A DNA stretch of 29,751 bases from a virus (lineage: Duplodnaviria > Caudoviricetes): the IMG/VR virus record IMGVR_UViG_3300033402_000047, positions 1-29,751 of that record. One strand, written 5' to 3'. Numbering within the stretch: position 1 is the first letter of the stretch; each line of letters starts with the position of its first letter. Below, in pieces: positions 1 to 7,920 of the stretch. The notes beneath the pieces are model-generated. The model did not search any database. It saw only the letters and a list, made by a program, of their open reading frames with translations, and was not told where the DNA came from. A program made the translations under genes and the position numbers.

Positions 1-518
1 CGGGCGCAGGACACCGGGAAGCTGTAGTCCTCCAAGCCGCCGACCTCCTCGGGCCGCACGACTTGATCGTGGTGGCCGTCGCTGAGGTGCATCACGCAAT
101 GCTCGCTGATCTGCGCTTTGCGACGGAACTCCAACGCCGAGGGCAGCGCGGCGAACGGCTTCACCCGCTGTTCCATCTCGGCGACGACCGCCTTGAAGAG
201 GCCGGCAATCTTGGCACTGGCCCTAACCTTGGCCCGCTCGCGGTTCCGTTCGTCCGTAAGATGCACCACCTCGGCTTCCAGTTCGAGCACCCGTTTGTCG
301 GTCGGGTCGTAGTCCGGGATGCCCTTGTGCTGGCCGCCGGCCGACTTCGGCATCGGCGGTTCGCCGCCCGGCCAGGCCACATCCTTATGCACGCGACCGG
401 TGGCGATGTCTGAGACCAGGGACCGGCTGACACCGAACTTCCGGGCGATGGCCGTCTGCTTCGCGCTGTCGGCGATGGCCGCCTTGATCTTTTCGATCTT
501 CTTCTTGGATGTGCGCAT
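1..518 (-). CDS. HTH-domain calcineurin-like metallophosphoesterase (N-terminal part; runs off the window start)
   Basis: Not in the ORF track. Manual translation from ATG at 518 gives MRTSKKKIEKIKAAIADSAKQTAIARKFGVSRSLVSDIATGR (HTH-like), a coiled coil, then CVMHLSDGHHDQVVRPEEVGGLEDY (first DxH motif of phage metallophosphoesterases). The frame is open to the window edge. Confidence 0.7.
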   Translation of the reverse strand, partial: MRTSKKKIEKIKAAIADSAKQTAIARKFGVSRSLVSDIATGRVHKDVAWPGGEPPMPKSAGGQHKGIPDYDPTDKRVLELEAEVVHLTDERNRERAKVRASAKIAGLFKAVVAEMEQRVKPFAALPSALEFRRKAQISEHCVMHLSDGHHDQVVRPEEVGGLEDYSFPVSCA

Positions 519-558
519 GATTCCTGTTGACTCCGCTCCGTTTCACATCGGAGAAATG

Positions 559-592
559 GAAAAGCCGGGCGGCCCGCGGCGGGGCCGCCCGG
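559..592 (-). terminator. Rho-independent terminator downstream of the protease gene
   Basis: Perfect 11-bp stem CCGGGCGGCCC (565-575)/GGGCCGCCCGG (582-592), followed on the minus strand by CTTTTCCATTT. Confidence 0.6.
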
Positions 593-613
593 TGGAATTG
601 CAGCCGGATGCGA

Positions 614-1555
614 TCAGTTGAGGCAACCTGTCAGAAACACCTCGACCCACGACCGCACATGGTCGAAATCGAAGCCCTGCTTGCATGGCTCGGGATGGCC
701 GCCCGCCGGCAGGCCCTCCGGGAGCACGCCGCCCTCTTCCACAGGGATGGCCTCGATCTCGGCCAGCGTCGGCATCTTGGCCGTGGGGTCGATGGCCCAT
801 TCGATCTTGGCGGCCTTCGCAAAGGCGTGGATGCGCCGCACGGGGACGATGAAATTGAAGCCCTGCAACTGCATCACGCCTTGCGTCAACATGCCGACGT
901 ACTCGCCGTTGGCCTTGAGGAACATCCCGCCGCCGGACGAGCCCGGGAACGCCACGGCCGTCACCTGGTCGAAAACCTTGATGTTGGCACCCTTCATCTC
1001 CAGCGTCCGGCCGACCTGGCTCAGCACACCCTCGGTATAGCTGTTGGCACCGAACTGCCCGAGCAGACTGCCGCAGTGGCTCAATTCGGTCCCGATGGCC
1101 GGCACGTAATTCAGTTTGATCTTGAACTTCGCCGAGACGGAGAGCGGGTAGGCGTTCAGACGGCGGACCATGAGCAGCGCCAGGTCCTCGCCGTAATCCG
1201 CGCCGGAGAACTTGACGACCTTGGCGTCCAGTTTCGTCTCGCCGACGCGCCGGCCGTTCTGTTGAAATTCCTGCACGATCTGCGCATCCCGGAACTCGAC
1301 CAGCACGCGGGTGCCGCCGTCCGCGGTGATGACCCTGCGAACCGTGCGGAGATGGTCAACGACGTGCCCCGCCGTCCAGACGAACGAAACGGTGTCGCTG
1401 CCGATCTGCCGGGTCACGATGGTCCCAGAGCCCTGCGCGTCGCCGGACTTGATGGTCACGCTGATCTGCTGCAAATCGTCGGGGATGCCCGCCAGGGCCG
1501 TGCCTGCGGCCAGGCCGATCAACAACGTCAACACCAGTGCCACACAGGTTCTCAT
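614..1555 (-). CDS. Trypsin-like (S1) serine protease with N-terminal signal peptide
   Basis: GSGTIV, TAGHVV (His), EDLALL (Asp) and FPGSSGGG (Ser) form the catalytic triad. The N-terminus MRTCVALVLTLLIGLAAGTALA is signal-peptide-like. GGAG RBS. Confidence 0.88.
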   Translation of the reverse strand: MRTCVALVLTLLIGLAAGTALAGIPDDLQQISVTIKSGDAQGSGTIVTRQIGSDTVSFVWTAGHVVDHLRTVRRVITADGGTRVLVEFRDAQIVQEFQQNGRRVGETKLDAKVVKFSGADYGEDLALLMVRRLNAYPLSVSAKFKIKLNYVPAIGTELSHCGSLLGQFGANSYTEGVLSQVGRTLEMKGANIKVFDQVTAVAFPGSSGGGMFLKANGEYVGMLTQGVMQLQGFNFIVPVRRIHAFAKAAKIEWAIDPTAKMPTLAEIEAIPVEEGGVLPEGLPAGGHPEPCKQGFDFDHVRSWVEVFLTGCLN

Positions 1556-1607
1556 TGCTGCAACTCCAAAAGGTGAAAAGGGAAACGATCAACGGGCACT
1601 TGCCCAT

Positions 1608-2018
1608 TCATAAGACGCGCAAGAAATCTGTTTCGTCGCATTCGTCGCTGCACACATCCGGGTATGCGCCGTCAGAAACAGGCACCGCCGATTCACACCA
1701 CGGGTCCACTTCCTCGACCCGTTCTAGTTCCAACTGGCTTTCATGCTCGGGCACCAAGCCCTCCAGCAGCGCTTGATAGGCGAAATCACCGAACAGGCTG
1801 GCGTCATCCCGGTCCCAATCGGCAAGTATGCGAAGCACAAGGCGTGGTCCATCCTCCGCGCTTTCGACCGACTCGACAGTGACCGAATACAAGTGCGCGG
1901 TCGGGTATTGGCAAAACATGGTTCCTAACGCCGACTTGGCCCGCTCGGCTAATCGCCCTTCGCCGTGCGGCGACCAACGGCCGGCGTAAAGCAGGAAGTT
2001 GCATTCCACGCGAATCAT
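1608..2018 (-). CDS. Hypothetical acidic protein (136 aa)
   Basis: Start MIRVECNF at 2018 overlaps the helicase stop (ATGA coupling) and fills the gap in the minus-strand operon. Confidence 0.65.
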   Translation of the reverse strand: MIRVECNFLLYAGRWSPHGEGRLAERAKSALGTMFCQYPTAHLYSVTVESVESAEDGPRLVLRILADWDRDDASLFGDFAYQALLEGLVPEHESQLELERVEEVDPWCESAVPVSDGAYPDVCSDECDETDFLRVL

Positions 2019-4030
2019 GCGGCCACCGCCTCCACCACCTCGAAAGTTCCATCCGTATCCGCGTCCGTGCTCTCCCATTTGAGGCCCGCCATCAACTCGC
2101 CCATCGTCATCAGTTCCAGCTTCCGGTTTTCACGAATGACATCGAGCACGCGCTCGTCGCTGGGCAGGTGGATCAGGTCCACAATCAAGCAGCCCTTGTT
2201 CAGGTCCATCCCGATGCGATGGATGCGATCTTCCGACTGGACTCGGTATTCGGGCTTCCAAGAATTCGACCAGTAGACTGCCGTGCGAGCCTCCACCAGC
2301 GTCAGACTCATGCCGCCCGACTCAGGGTTGGCCACAAAAGCCACCCGTGGAATGGCCTTGTTCGCCCAGTAATCCAGGGGCTCCTCCGTCACCGTGTCGT
2401 TGTCGTGCGTGAGGACTTGGAAGACGCCTTGATCGCAGCGCACGACGTTCCACTTTTCGTTGATGCACACTTTCACGGCACGGTCCACGGACCCCGTGAA
2501 GCCGGCGAACACCACGAGGCGGCCGGTCTCCTCGTTCTCGTCGAGGAGCATTCTCAGCGCCTTTTCCTTGGGTGTTGGAATCTCATGCGCGATGCGGACC
2601 AGTTTTGGCACCTCCTTGCTGCCGCCGCACTTCGGGCACGTCGCCTGCCGCTCCACCAGGCGGGCGACGACCTCCGGCGGCATCATGCCAATGTTCTGGT
2701 AGACCTGGCCGGCGTCTTCCGGGTCGATCCACTCGGACACGATGCCGTCCACACAATGCGTGCAAGTGGTTACGCCGTCCTGGACTTCCCTGTACTGGAA
2801 GCCGTCGCTTAGCTCACGGAGCAACGTCATGCCGGTGATGGCGTTCGGTGCCGCCGAGACGATGGCCTCACCGGCGCGAAGCAGGCTGGCGGTCGGCTTG
2901 CAGATGATCTTGCGGTAGCGCTTGTCGGGCAGGTCCAGGCAGTCCTTCTTGTGCTTGATCGTCACGAGACCCTGCAGCCGCTTGTAGAGGTAGGCGACCT
3001 CATTCTTGCTCGCCTTGAAGTCGTGGTACTCCTCCGGCGGCGTCACGCCGTCCAGTTGATGCGGGCCGCTCGCCTCAAACAGGCCACAAACCTCGCACTT
3101 GCGCTCGTCATCCTTCCAACCGATTCGCCGCTTGAAGGAGTTGCCGTCCTGCTGCTGGAGCACCATGAAGGCCAGTCGCTCTTCCATTGCCTTCATGCTT
3201 CCTTCGCGGAGGAAGCCCGGCCAGGCGATCTCGCATTGACTCCACCAGTCCACCGGGGATTTTGGTGACGGCGTACCGCTCATTTCGATTACGAAACCGC
3301 CTTCCAGGCCGTACTGCGAGCGGATCAAGTCCGCGAGGCGCTGGCAGGCGTCCGAACGTTGCGTGCCCGCATTCTTGCAGCGACTCGACTCGTCACAGAT
3401 CAGGCCGGCCGGCAGGGGTTGACCGGGCTTCCATTGGTCCACCCAAGTCTTGAGACCTTCGTAGGTGAACGCCACGACGACACGCTCGTCAAGCTCCGGT
3501 TCCACACCGTCATGGGCGAGGCGGAACTTGTAGACTGACTCCCAGATGCGGAACTCCCGCTTGATGTTGGGCAGGCTGGTCTTCGGGCCGACCCAGAACC
3601 ACCAATTGATTCCCGACCGCTCGATCACCTCTTGGGCCGCCAGCGTCTTGCCCGTGCCCATCTCGGCCGCGAAGATGTGGTAGTGGTACGTCAGGCCGGC
3701 GTCGGTCAAGTCCTTCTGGTGATCCTTCAACGGTCGCGTGTACTCGTGGCGGATCACGGGCCGATCGAACCAGGCATACGCCTTCTCCCCGACGAGGAAC
3801 GAAAGTTGGAAGCGATTGCGCTGGCAGTCCTCGATGGACCAAATCTTCCGCGGGTTCTCGTCGTCGTACCCGTGCCATTTCGATCCCCGCATCGCCCTGA
3901 TTTCGTCCTTGAGGCTGTAGGGCGATTTCAAGAACCAGATGCGCCCGTCCTTGTACTCCAGCGTGGCCGCCACCAGGATCGCGGTGCCGGAAGACGTTTT
4001 CGTGCGCAACTTGGTCTGGACTACGGACAT
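2015..4030 (-). CDS. SNF2-family (SF2) helicase/translocase with CxxC insertions
   Basis: Walker A EMGTGKT, motif II ICDESS, motif III SGTP, C-terminal SGGMSLTL and QSEDRIHRIG (motifs V/VI). CEVC, CTHC and CPKC inserts. Confidence 0.9.
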   Translation of the reverse strand: MSVVQTKLRTKTSSGTAILVAATLEYKDGRIWFLKSPYSLKDEIRAMRGSKWHGYDDENPRKIWSIEDCQRNRFQLSFLVGEKAYAWFDRPVIRHEYTRPLKDHQKDLTDAGLTYHYHIFAAEMGTGKTLAAQEVIERSGINWWFWVGPKTSLPNIKREFRIWESVYKFRLAHDGVEPELDERVVVAFTYEGLKTWVDQWKPGQPLPAGLICDESSRCKNAGTQRSDACQRLADLIRSQYGLEGGFVIEMSGTPSPKSPVDWWSQCEIAWPGFLREGSMKAMEERLAFMVLQQQDGNSFKRRIGWKDDERKCEVCGLFEASGPHQLDGVTPPEEYHDFKASKNEVAYLYKRLQGLVTIKHKKDCLDLPDKRYRKIICKPTASLLRAGEAIVSAAPNAITGMTLLRELSDGFQYREVQDGVTTCTHCVDGIVSEWIDPEDAGQVYQNIGMMPPEVVARLVERQATCPKCGGSKEVPKLVRIAHEIPTPKEKALRMLLDENEETGRLVVFAGFTGSVDRAVKVCINEKWNVVRCDQGVFQVLTHDNDTVTEEPLDYWANKAIPRVAFVANPESGGMSLTLVEARTAVYWSNSWKPEYRVQSEDRIHRIGMDLNKGCLIVDLIHLPSDERVLDVIRENRKLELMTMGELMAGLKWESTDADTDGTFEVVEAVAA

Positions 4031-4045
4031 TGAAGCTCACTGGCT

Positions 4046-4062
4046 TTGATGCGTTTACACGC
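4046..4062 (-). promoter_or_regulatory. 17-bp motif GCGTGTAAACGCATCAA upstream of the helicase (copy 1)
   Basis: Identical to 7881-7897 on the plus strand. Ends 15 nt before the helicase ATG. Confidence 0.6.
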
Positions 4063-4117
4063 TCTGAGGCCGCAATCCACGGTCTCCTCCCTCACACATT
4101 TCCGAAACGTGGACCCG

Positions 4118-5317
4118 TTAGAGTGATTCCAGCCGAGCAACGGCGATTTCGCAGTTGTGGGGGTCCAGTTCGACCCCAATGCACGGCCGGCCAAGCCGTT
4201 TGGCGGCTAAGAGGGTCGAGCCGCTGCCGGCGAAAGGATCAAGGACCAAGCCCCCTTTCGGCGTGGACAAGAGCGTCAGGAGGTACTCCATGAGCTTCAG
4301 GGGCTTGACCGTAGGATGATCGTTCCTCGGTCCCTGGGCAGGATTGCGCTCCCGGCTATTGGCCTTGGCGACGTAGAAGAAACGGGATGCGCCTCCGGCA
4401 TCCCCGTAGGTGCCCTGGCTTGACGCGGTATCGGGAAAATCGCCGTGATAGCCGCCGCCGCCTTTTGTGCTGTTGCGCTGCTGACCGGCTTTCATCATGC
4501 CGCTCTTGAGGATGCCGGTCTGCTCGTCGAGCATGGCCGCAGCCTCGTCGTCCAGCAGCAAGTTCGCCGGCCACCGGCCCGAGGCCGAACCGCCCACGGG
4601 CGAGCGGTTGACACTGACCCAGCCTCCATCAGATTCGGAGCGTGGGTTGCGGGTGCGAATCGTGCTGTCCGTGCCAATTCTGCTGGCCTGAATGTTCATG
4701 CCGGCCACGCCCCAGGTCTCGGCATTGTGAGCCAGCGTGCCGTCCAACGACTTCATCGCCAGCGTCACCGGCTCCCAAGCAGGCTTCAAGGCGTTCACCC
4801 AGCCGGTCCACCGTTTCGCCAAGTCGGTGGCCGGAGCAGTGACCGCGCACTCAGCCGCCGGGTTGTGCAGGTCCCCGTAGACCTGATTCGTGCGGCCGTT
4901 GTCCGCCAGCGAGTAGCCGGGCTGCCCGAGCTTGCTGCCCACCACCTCCCGTTTCGCGCCTTTGGCCCTGTCGATCAGTACGCCCACGTCGGGCGCTTTG
5001 GGGAAACCCTGGCCGTAAAGCCACATCAGCGTGTCCCGTACCTCCCACCCGGCGTCCTCGATCGCACAGACGAGCCGGTGGTAGGTCCGCGTGCCCCCGA
5101 AGGCCAGCATCAGGCTGCCCGGTTTGCAGACCCGCTTGATGGCTTCCCAGTACGGGACGCCGGGAACCCCGTGGTCCCACTCGTGCCCCATGAATTCGAG
5201 GCCGTAGGGCGGATCGGTACACACGAAGTCACAGGTGTCGGCCGGTAGGGTCGGCAGGACCTCGCGGTTGTCGCCGCAGTAGAGGGTGAGGTTGTCTTTC
5301 TCGTAGACGGGCTTCAT
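4118..5317 (-). CDS. DNA amino-methyltransferase (N6-adenine/N4-cytosine, beta class, orphan)
   Basis: Catalytic motif IV TDPPY near the N-terminus. HPTVKP and SAM-binding motif I LDPFAGSGST near the C-terminus. No adjacent restriction endonuclease. Confidence 0.93.
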   Translation of the reverse strand: MKPVYEKDNLTLYCGDNREVLPTLPADTCDFVCTDPPYGLEFMGHEWDHGVPGVPYWEAIKRVCKPGSLMLAFGGTRTYHRLVCAIEDAGWEVRDTLMWLYGQGFPKAPDVGVLIDRAKGAKREVVGSKLGQPGYSLADNGRTNQVYGDLHNPAAECAVTAPATDLAKRWTGWVNALKPAWEPVTLAMKSLDGTLAHNAETWGVAGMNIQASRIGTDSTIRTRNPRSESDGGWVSVNRSPVGGSASGRWPANLLLDDEAAAMLDEQTGILKSGMMKAGQQRNSTKGGGGYHGDFPDTASSQGTYGDAGGASRFFYVAKANSRERNPAQGPRNDHPTVKPLKLMEYLLTLLSTPKGGLVLDPFAGSGSTLLAAKRLGRPCIGVELDPHNCEIAVARLESL

Positions 5318-5835
5318 CGTTGCTTGTGCTCAAGGAGGAGAGTGTCGTCGTTGGCCCTGCGCGAACAGTAGTCACGCCACACCTCGAAATTGGCGCGGCG
5401 GAACAGGGTGTAGAGCTTGTTGAAAAGGCCGCGCACAGACGTTGGGACGTTTGGAGCCATGCCCGCGGCGATGGCCTCACGCCACTGTGCGAGGTTTCCG
5501 GTGAGAACGGCGGCCGTTACGTTGCACGCGGTCGTGTCTGCCAGGATCAATGCCATTCCCGGGCAGAACGCCGGCACGGCGCGCACGTCCTGGTCTTCCG
5601 CGATCAGGAAGACGCTGACCGATAGATGCGGCAAAACATGCGGAGCAAAGCCGGCTGGTGCGTCCCGATCGCTGACCGCCGCCAAGCAACTCAGGAACGT
5701 CTCCACCTGAGACAATTCCCTGGGCGAAGCCTTTGCAGCCGCCAGCGGCTTGTAGCCGAGCACTGTCGCACACGTAGCCGGGAATCCCTGCAAGTTGACT
5801 GCGGGCAGTGCAATGAACATGACTTCGGGTTGCAT
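5314..5835 (-). CDS. Degenerate ThyX-like protein lacking the RHR-x7-S catalytic motif
   Basis: PHVLPHLSVSVFLI resembles ThyX HxSVxEHxxxTFxI. TAAVLTGNLAQWREAI...VRGLFNKLY resembles the ThyX C-terminus TxIVxTGNxRxWRHFI...EIRxLA. ATGA overlap with the methyltransferase gene. Confidence 0.55.
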   Translation of the reverse strand: MQPEVMFIALPAVNLQGFPATCATVLGYKPLAAAKASPRELSQVETFLSCLAAVSDRDAPAGFAPHVLPHLSVSVFLIAEDQDVRAVPAFCPGMALILADTTACNVTAAVLTGNLAQWREAIAAGMAPNVPTSVRGLFNKLYTLFRRANFEVWRDYCSRRANDDTLLLEHKQR

Positions 5836-5844
5836 GGCCGTCGC

Positions 5845-6070
5845 TCACCGGATTTGCGGCAGGGACTCTCCTGCCGCAACACACGCAGAAAACCCGCCCA
5901 TGATGCACGTCACCGAGAGCCCGGGAGCGGTGCAGCGGGTGTGTTGTTTCGAGAACCCCGCCGGGGCCAGGAGGCAAGTCCAGCGGGGAGGAAGTGGCAT
6001 TCACCGATTTGCCAGGCTGGTTCGGCGACAACCGTTGCGGGTCCAACTGCCGCGGGCAGCGGACAGACCC
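5845..6070 (-). other. Intergenic multi-hairpin region (structured RNA or terminator candidate)
   Basis: Five consecutive stems, including a perfect 10-bp TTGCGGCAGG/CCTGCCGCAA (5854-5879) and ACCCGC..GCGGGT (5892-5940) followed by a minus-strand U-tract. Confidence 0.4.
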
Positions 6071-6073
6071 GAG

Positions 6074-6826
6074 CTAGCGGGCGCGCTCGTCGCCGGGCTC
6101 CGCGCGCTCCACGCCGTTGTCCTTCACCGTCAAGAAGGCGGTGATCTCCTTCGTGGCGCGCTCCAAGGTCGGCAGCGACTTGAACTCGGCCAGGTCGTCG
6201 CACTTCGAGACCACGGGAACGTGCCACGAGTAGGTCTTCTTCTCGACAAGCCGGCTGGTGAGCATCACCGGGACGGCCGGGTGCGGCGTGAGCTTGGACA
6301 CGTCCCGGCCGGCCGCCGCCTTGGCGTCGATGTCGGCCTGCGACAGCGGCAGGAAGGGGTAGAGGTTCGCGGCCTCGGCGCGGGCCGACTTGTTGCCGCA
6401 GAAGAACTCCAGGAACCGGCCGGTCGTCGCCTCGTAGACGAGGAAACTCGGCCCGTACATGCAGTTGCTTTCTTTTTCCGCCGACGCCACCTGGATGCGC
6501 TTGAACTCCTCGCACTTCGGGTCGTAGCTGACGATGATCGCGTCCTTGTCGCTCATGTCGATGGCCTTCGGCCGGCGAGCGAAGGGGATGATGAACACCC
6601 GGTCGCCCAGGTCGTTCACCTTGTCGTCGGGGAGCGGAATGCCGTAATTGCCGGGGCCCACGAGCTTCTTGTTGACGGCGTGGCCCTTGGTGTACAGTTG
6701 CAGGCGGGCGAGGAAGGCACCGCTCTGCGCCAGTTCGGCGAACTGCTCGTCGCTGCCGATCTGCGTGGATGGGAGTTGCTCGGGCCCGATGGGCACCAAG
6801 CTGTTCGGGGACTGGGAATGAGACAT
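6074..6826 (-). CDS. Hypothetical phage protein (possibly ssDNA-binding or recombination related)
   Basis: Start MSHSQSPN at 6826 with GAGG RBS, and strong phage-like codon bias. The function is suggested only by its position among replication genes. Confidence 0.75.
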   Translation of the reverse strand: MSHSQSPNSLVPIGPEQLPSTQIGSDEQFAELAQSGAFLARLQLYTKGHAVNKKLVGPGNYGIPLPDDKVNDLGDRVFIIPFARRPKAIDMSDKDAIIVSYDPKCEEFKRIQVASAEKESNCMYGPSFLVYEATTGRFLEFFCGNKSARAEAANLYPFLPLSQADIDAKAAAGRDVSKLTPHPAVPVMLTSRLVEKKTYSWHVPVVSKCDDLAEFKSLPTLERATKEITAFLTVKDNGVERAEPGDERAR

Positions 6827-6880
6827 TGCAACTACCTCAACACTGGTGAAAGGAAACGAAGACAAGAGAAGACAGAGAAG

Positions 6881-7774
6881 CTAGCGTTCTGAGGCCGGCG
6901 GCTCCTTTCTGGGCTGACGGGCCCGGTTCATCACAGCCTGGCGTTGGGCTTCGATGCTTTCACGATCCAGATGCAGCACCCACGCAAGGGCCGCGTGCCA
7001 GGCATCGGTCAAGGTCTTGCACTGCTCGGCCACCAAGACCAGGGCAGCGCACTGCGGTTCTTCGTACTCGGCGATGACCTGCTTCCACGGCCGGCCGTGC
7101 GGAACCGGCGTGAAGTCGGTCGTGAAGAAGGCGTCCAGCTTCCCCTGCCGAACGGCCTCTTGAAACTGTTTCAAGAAGGCTTGAACCAGCGGCCGGAACT
7201 CGGCCACCGACATCGTGCGGGCGGCGTCGAAGAACTGCGGTTGAAACTTGTAGGGGACCCGGGCCCATTCGTAGGCCGAGCCCAACGGCACCTCGCCACG
7301 GTCCACCGCAAGCTGGTAATCCTTCCGCAGGTTCAACAGCCCCAGCGTCTCACGGACCCACTGCGGATTCTTGTGCAGGATGCGGGAGCTGATCTCCGGC
7401 AAGCCGACGCCCGGGTGGGCCTCGATGATCTTCTTCACCTGGCGGGCGTACTCGGCCGGCGTGGTCTCCGGCCGCAGGGCGTTGGCCTGAATCTGGATCG
7501 CCAACAGGTCGTCGTCGGTCAGGTCCTTCACCAGGCAAGGCAGCGGCGTCCGGCCGGCCTCGCGCGCGGCCGTGACGCGGTAAAACCCATCCGCCACGTC
7601 GTACTTGCCGGGAAAGCGCCCGGACGGGCGGACCAGGATCGGGTTCAGGATGCCCCAGTCAGCAATCGAATCGCGCAGTTCCAAATAGGCCACGCTCGTG
7701 CGGTCCACCAAACGGAGCACCACGGGCGGTTCGACAAGGTGATCGAGCGAGAGCCACTGCAACTGGTCGTTCAC
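6881..7774 (-). CDS. ParB/RepB/Spo0J-family protein
   Basis: ELRDSIADWGILNPILVRP, DGFYRVTAA (GxxR box), AIQIQANALR (ENxxR equivalent), followed by an HTH-like segment. Confidence 0.88.
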   Translation of the reverse strand: MNDQLQWLSLDHLVEPPVVLRLVDRTSVAYLELRDSIADWGILNPILVRPSGRFPGKYDVADGFYRVTAAREAGRTPLPCLVKDLTDDDLLAIQIQANALRPETTPAEYARQVKKIIEAHPGVGLPEISSRILHKNPQWVRETLGLLNLRKDYQLAVDRGEVPLGSAYEWARVPYKFQPQFFDAARTMSVAEFRPLVQAFLKQFQEAVRQGKLDAFFTTDFTPVPHGRPWKQVIAEYEEPQCAALVLVAEQCKTLTDAWHAALAWVLHLDRESIEAQRQAVMNRARQPRKEPPASER

Positions 7775-7852
7775 ACCCTAATCAATGGCCAAAATCCACG
7801 CAATTTCCCGCACGCGCGGGAAAATCCCGCGATTTTGGCCATTGATTAGGGT
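7775..7852. repeat. 78-bp symmetric palindrome with perfect 22-bp arms between the divergent parB-like and primase genes
   Basis: ACCCTAATCAATGGCCAAAATC (7775-7796) is the exact reverse complement of GATTTTGGCCATTGATTAGGGT (7831-7852). Inner stem TTTCCCGC-ACGC-GCGGGAAA. Confidence 0.9.
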
Positions 7853-7880
7853 ATCTGAGGCACGCTTCTCCGTGCCAAAT

Positions 7881-7897
7881 GCGTGTAAACGCATCAA
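7881..7897 (+). promoter_or_regulatory. 17-bp motif GCGTGTAAACGCATCAA upstream of the primase-helicase (copy 2)
   Basis: Identical to the reverse complement of 4046-4062. Ends 23 nt before ATG 7921. Dyad core ATGCGT-GTAA-ACGCAT. Confidence 0.6.
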
Positions 7898-7920
7898 TCG
7901 ACCCTCTGCGGAGATTGTGA

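Noticed and set aside
3375-3405. DESS instead of DExH in helicase motif II as a sign of inactivation
   Set aside because: DESS/DELS variants are common in phage SNF2-like helicases, and the other motifs are intact.
4118-5317. Restriction-modification system
   Set aside because: No endonuclease or specificity subunit is nearby. Orphan methyltransferases are routine in phages.
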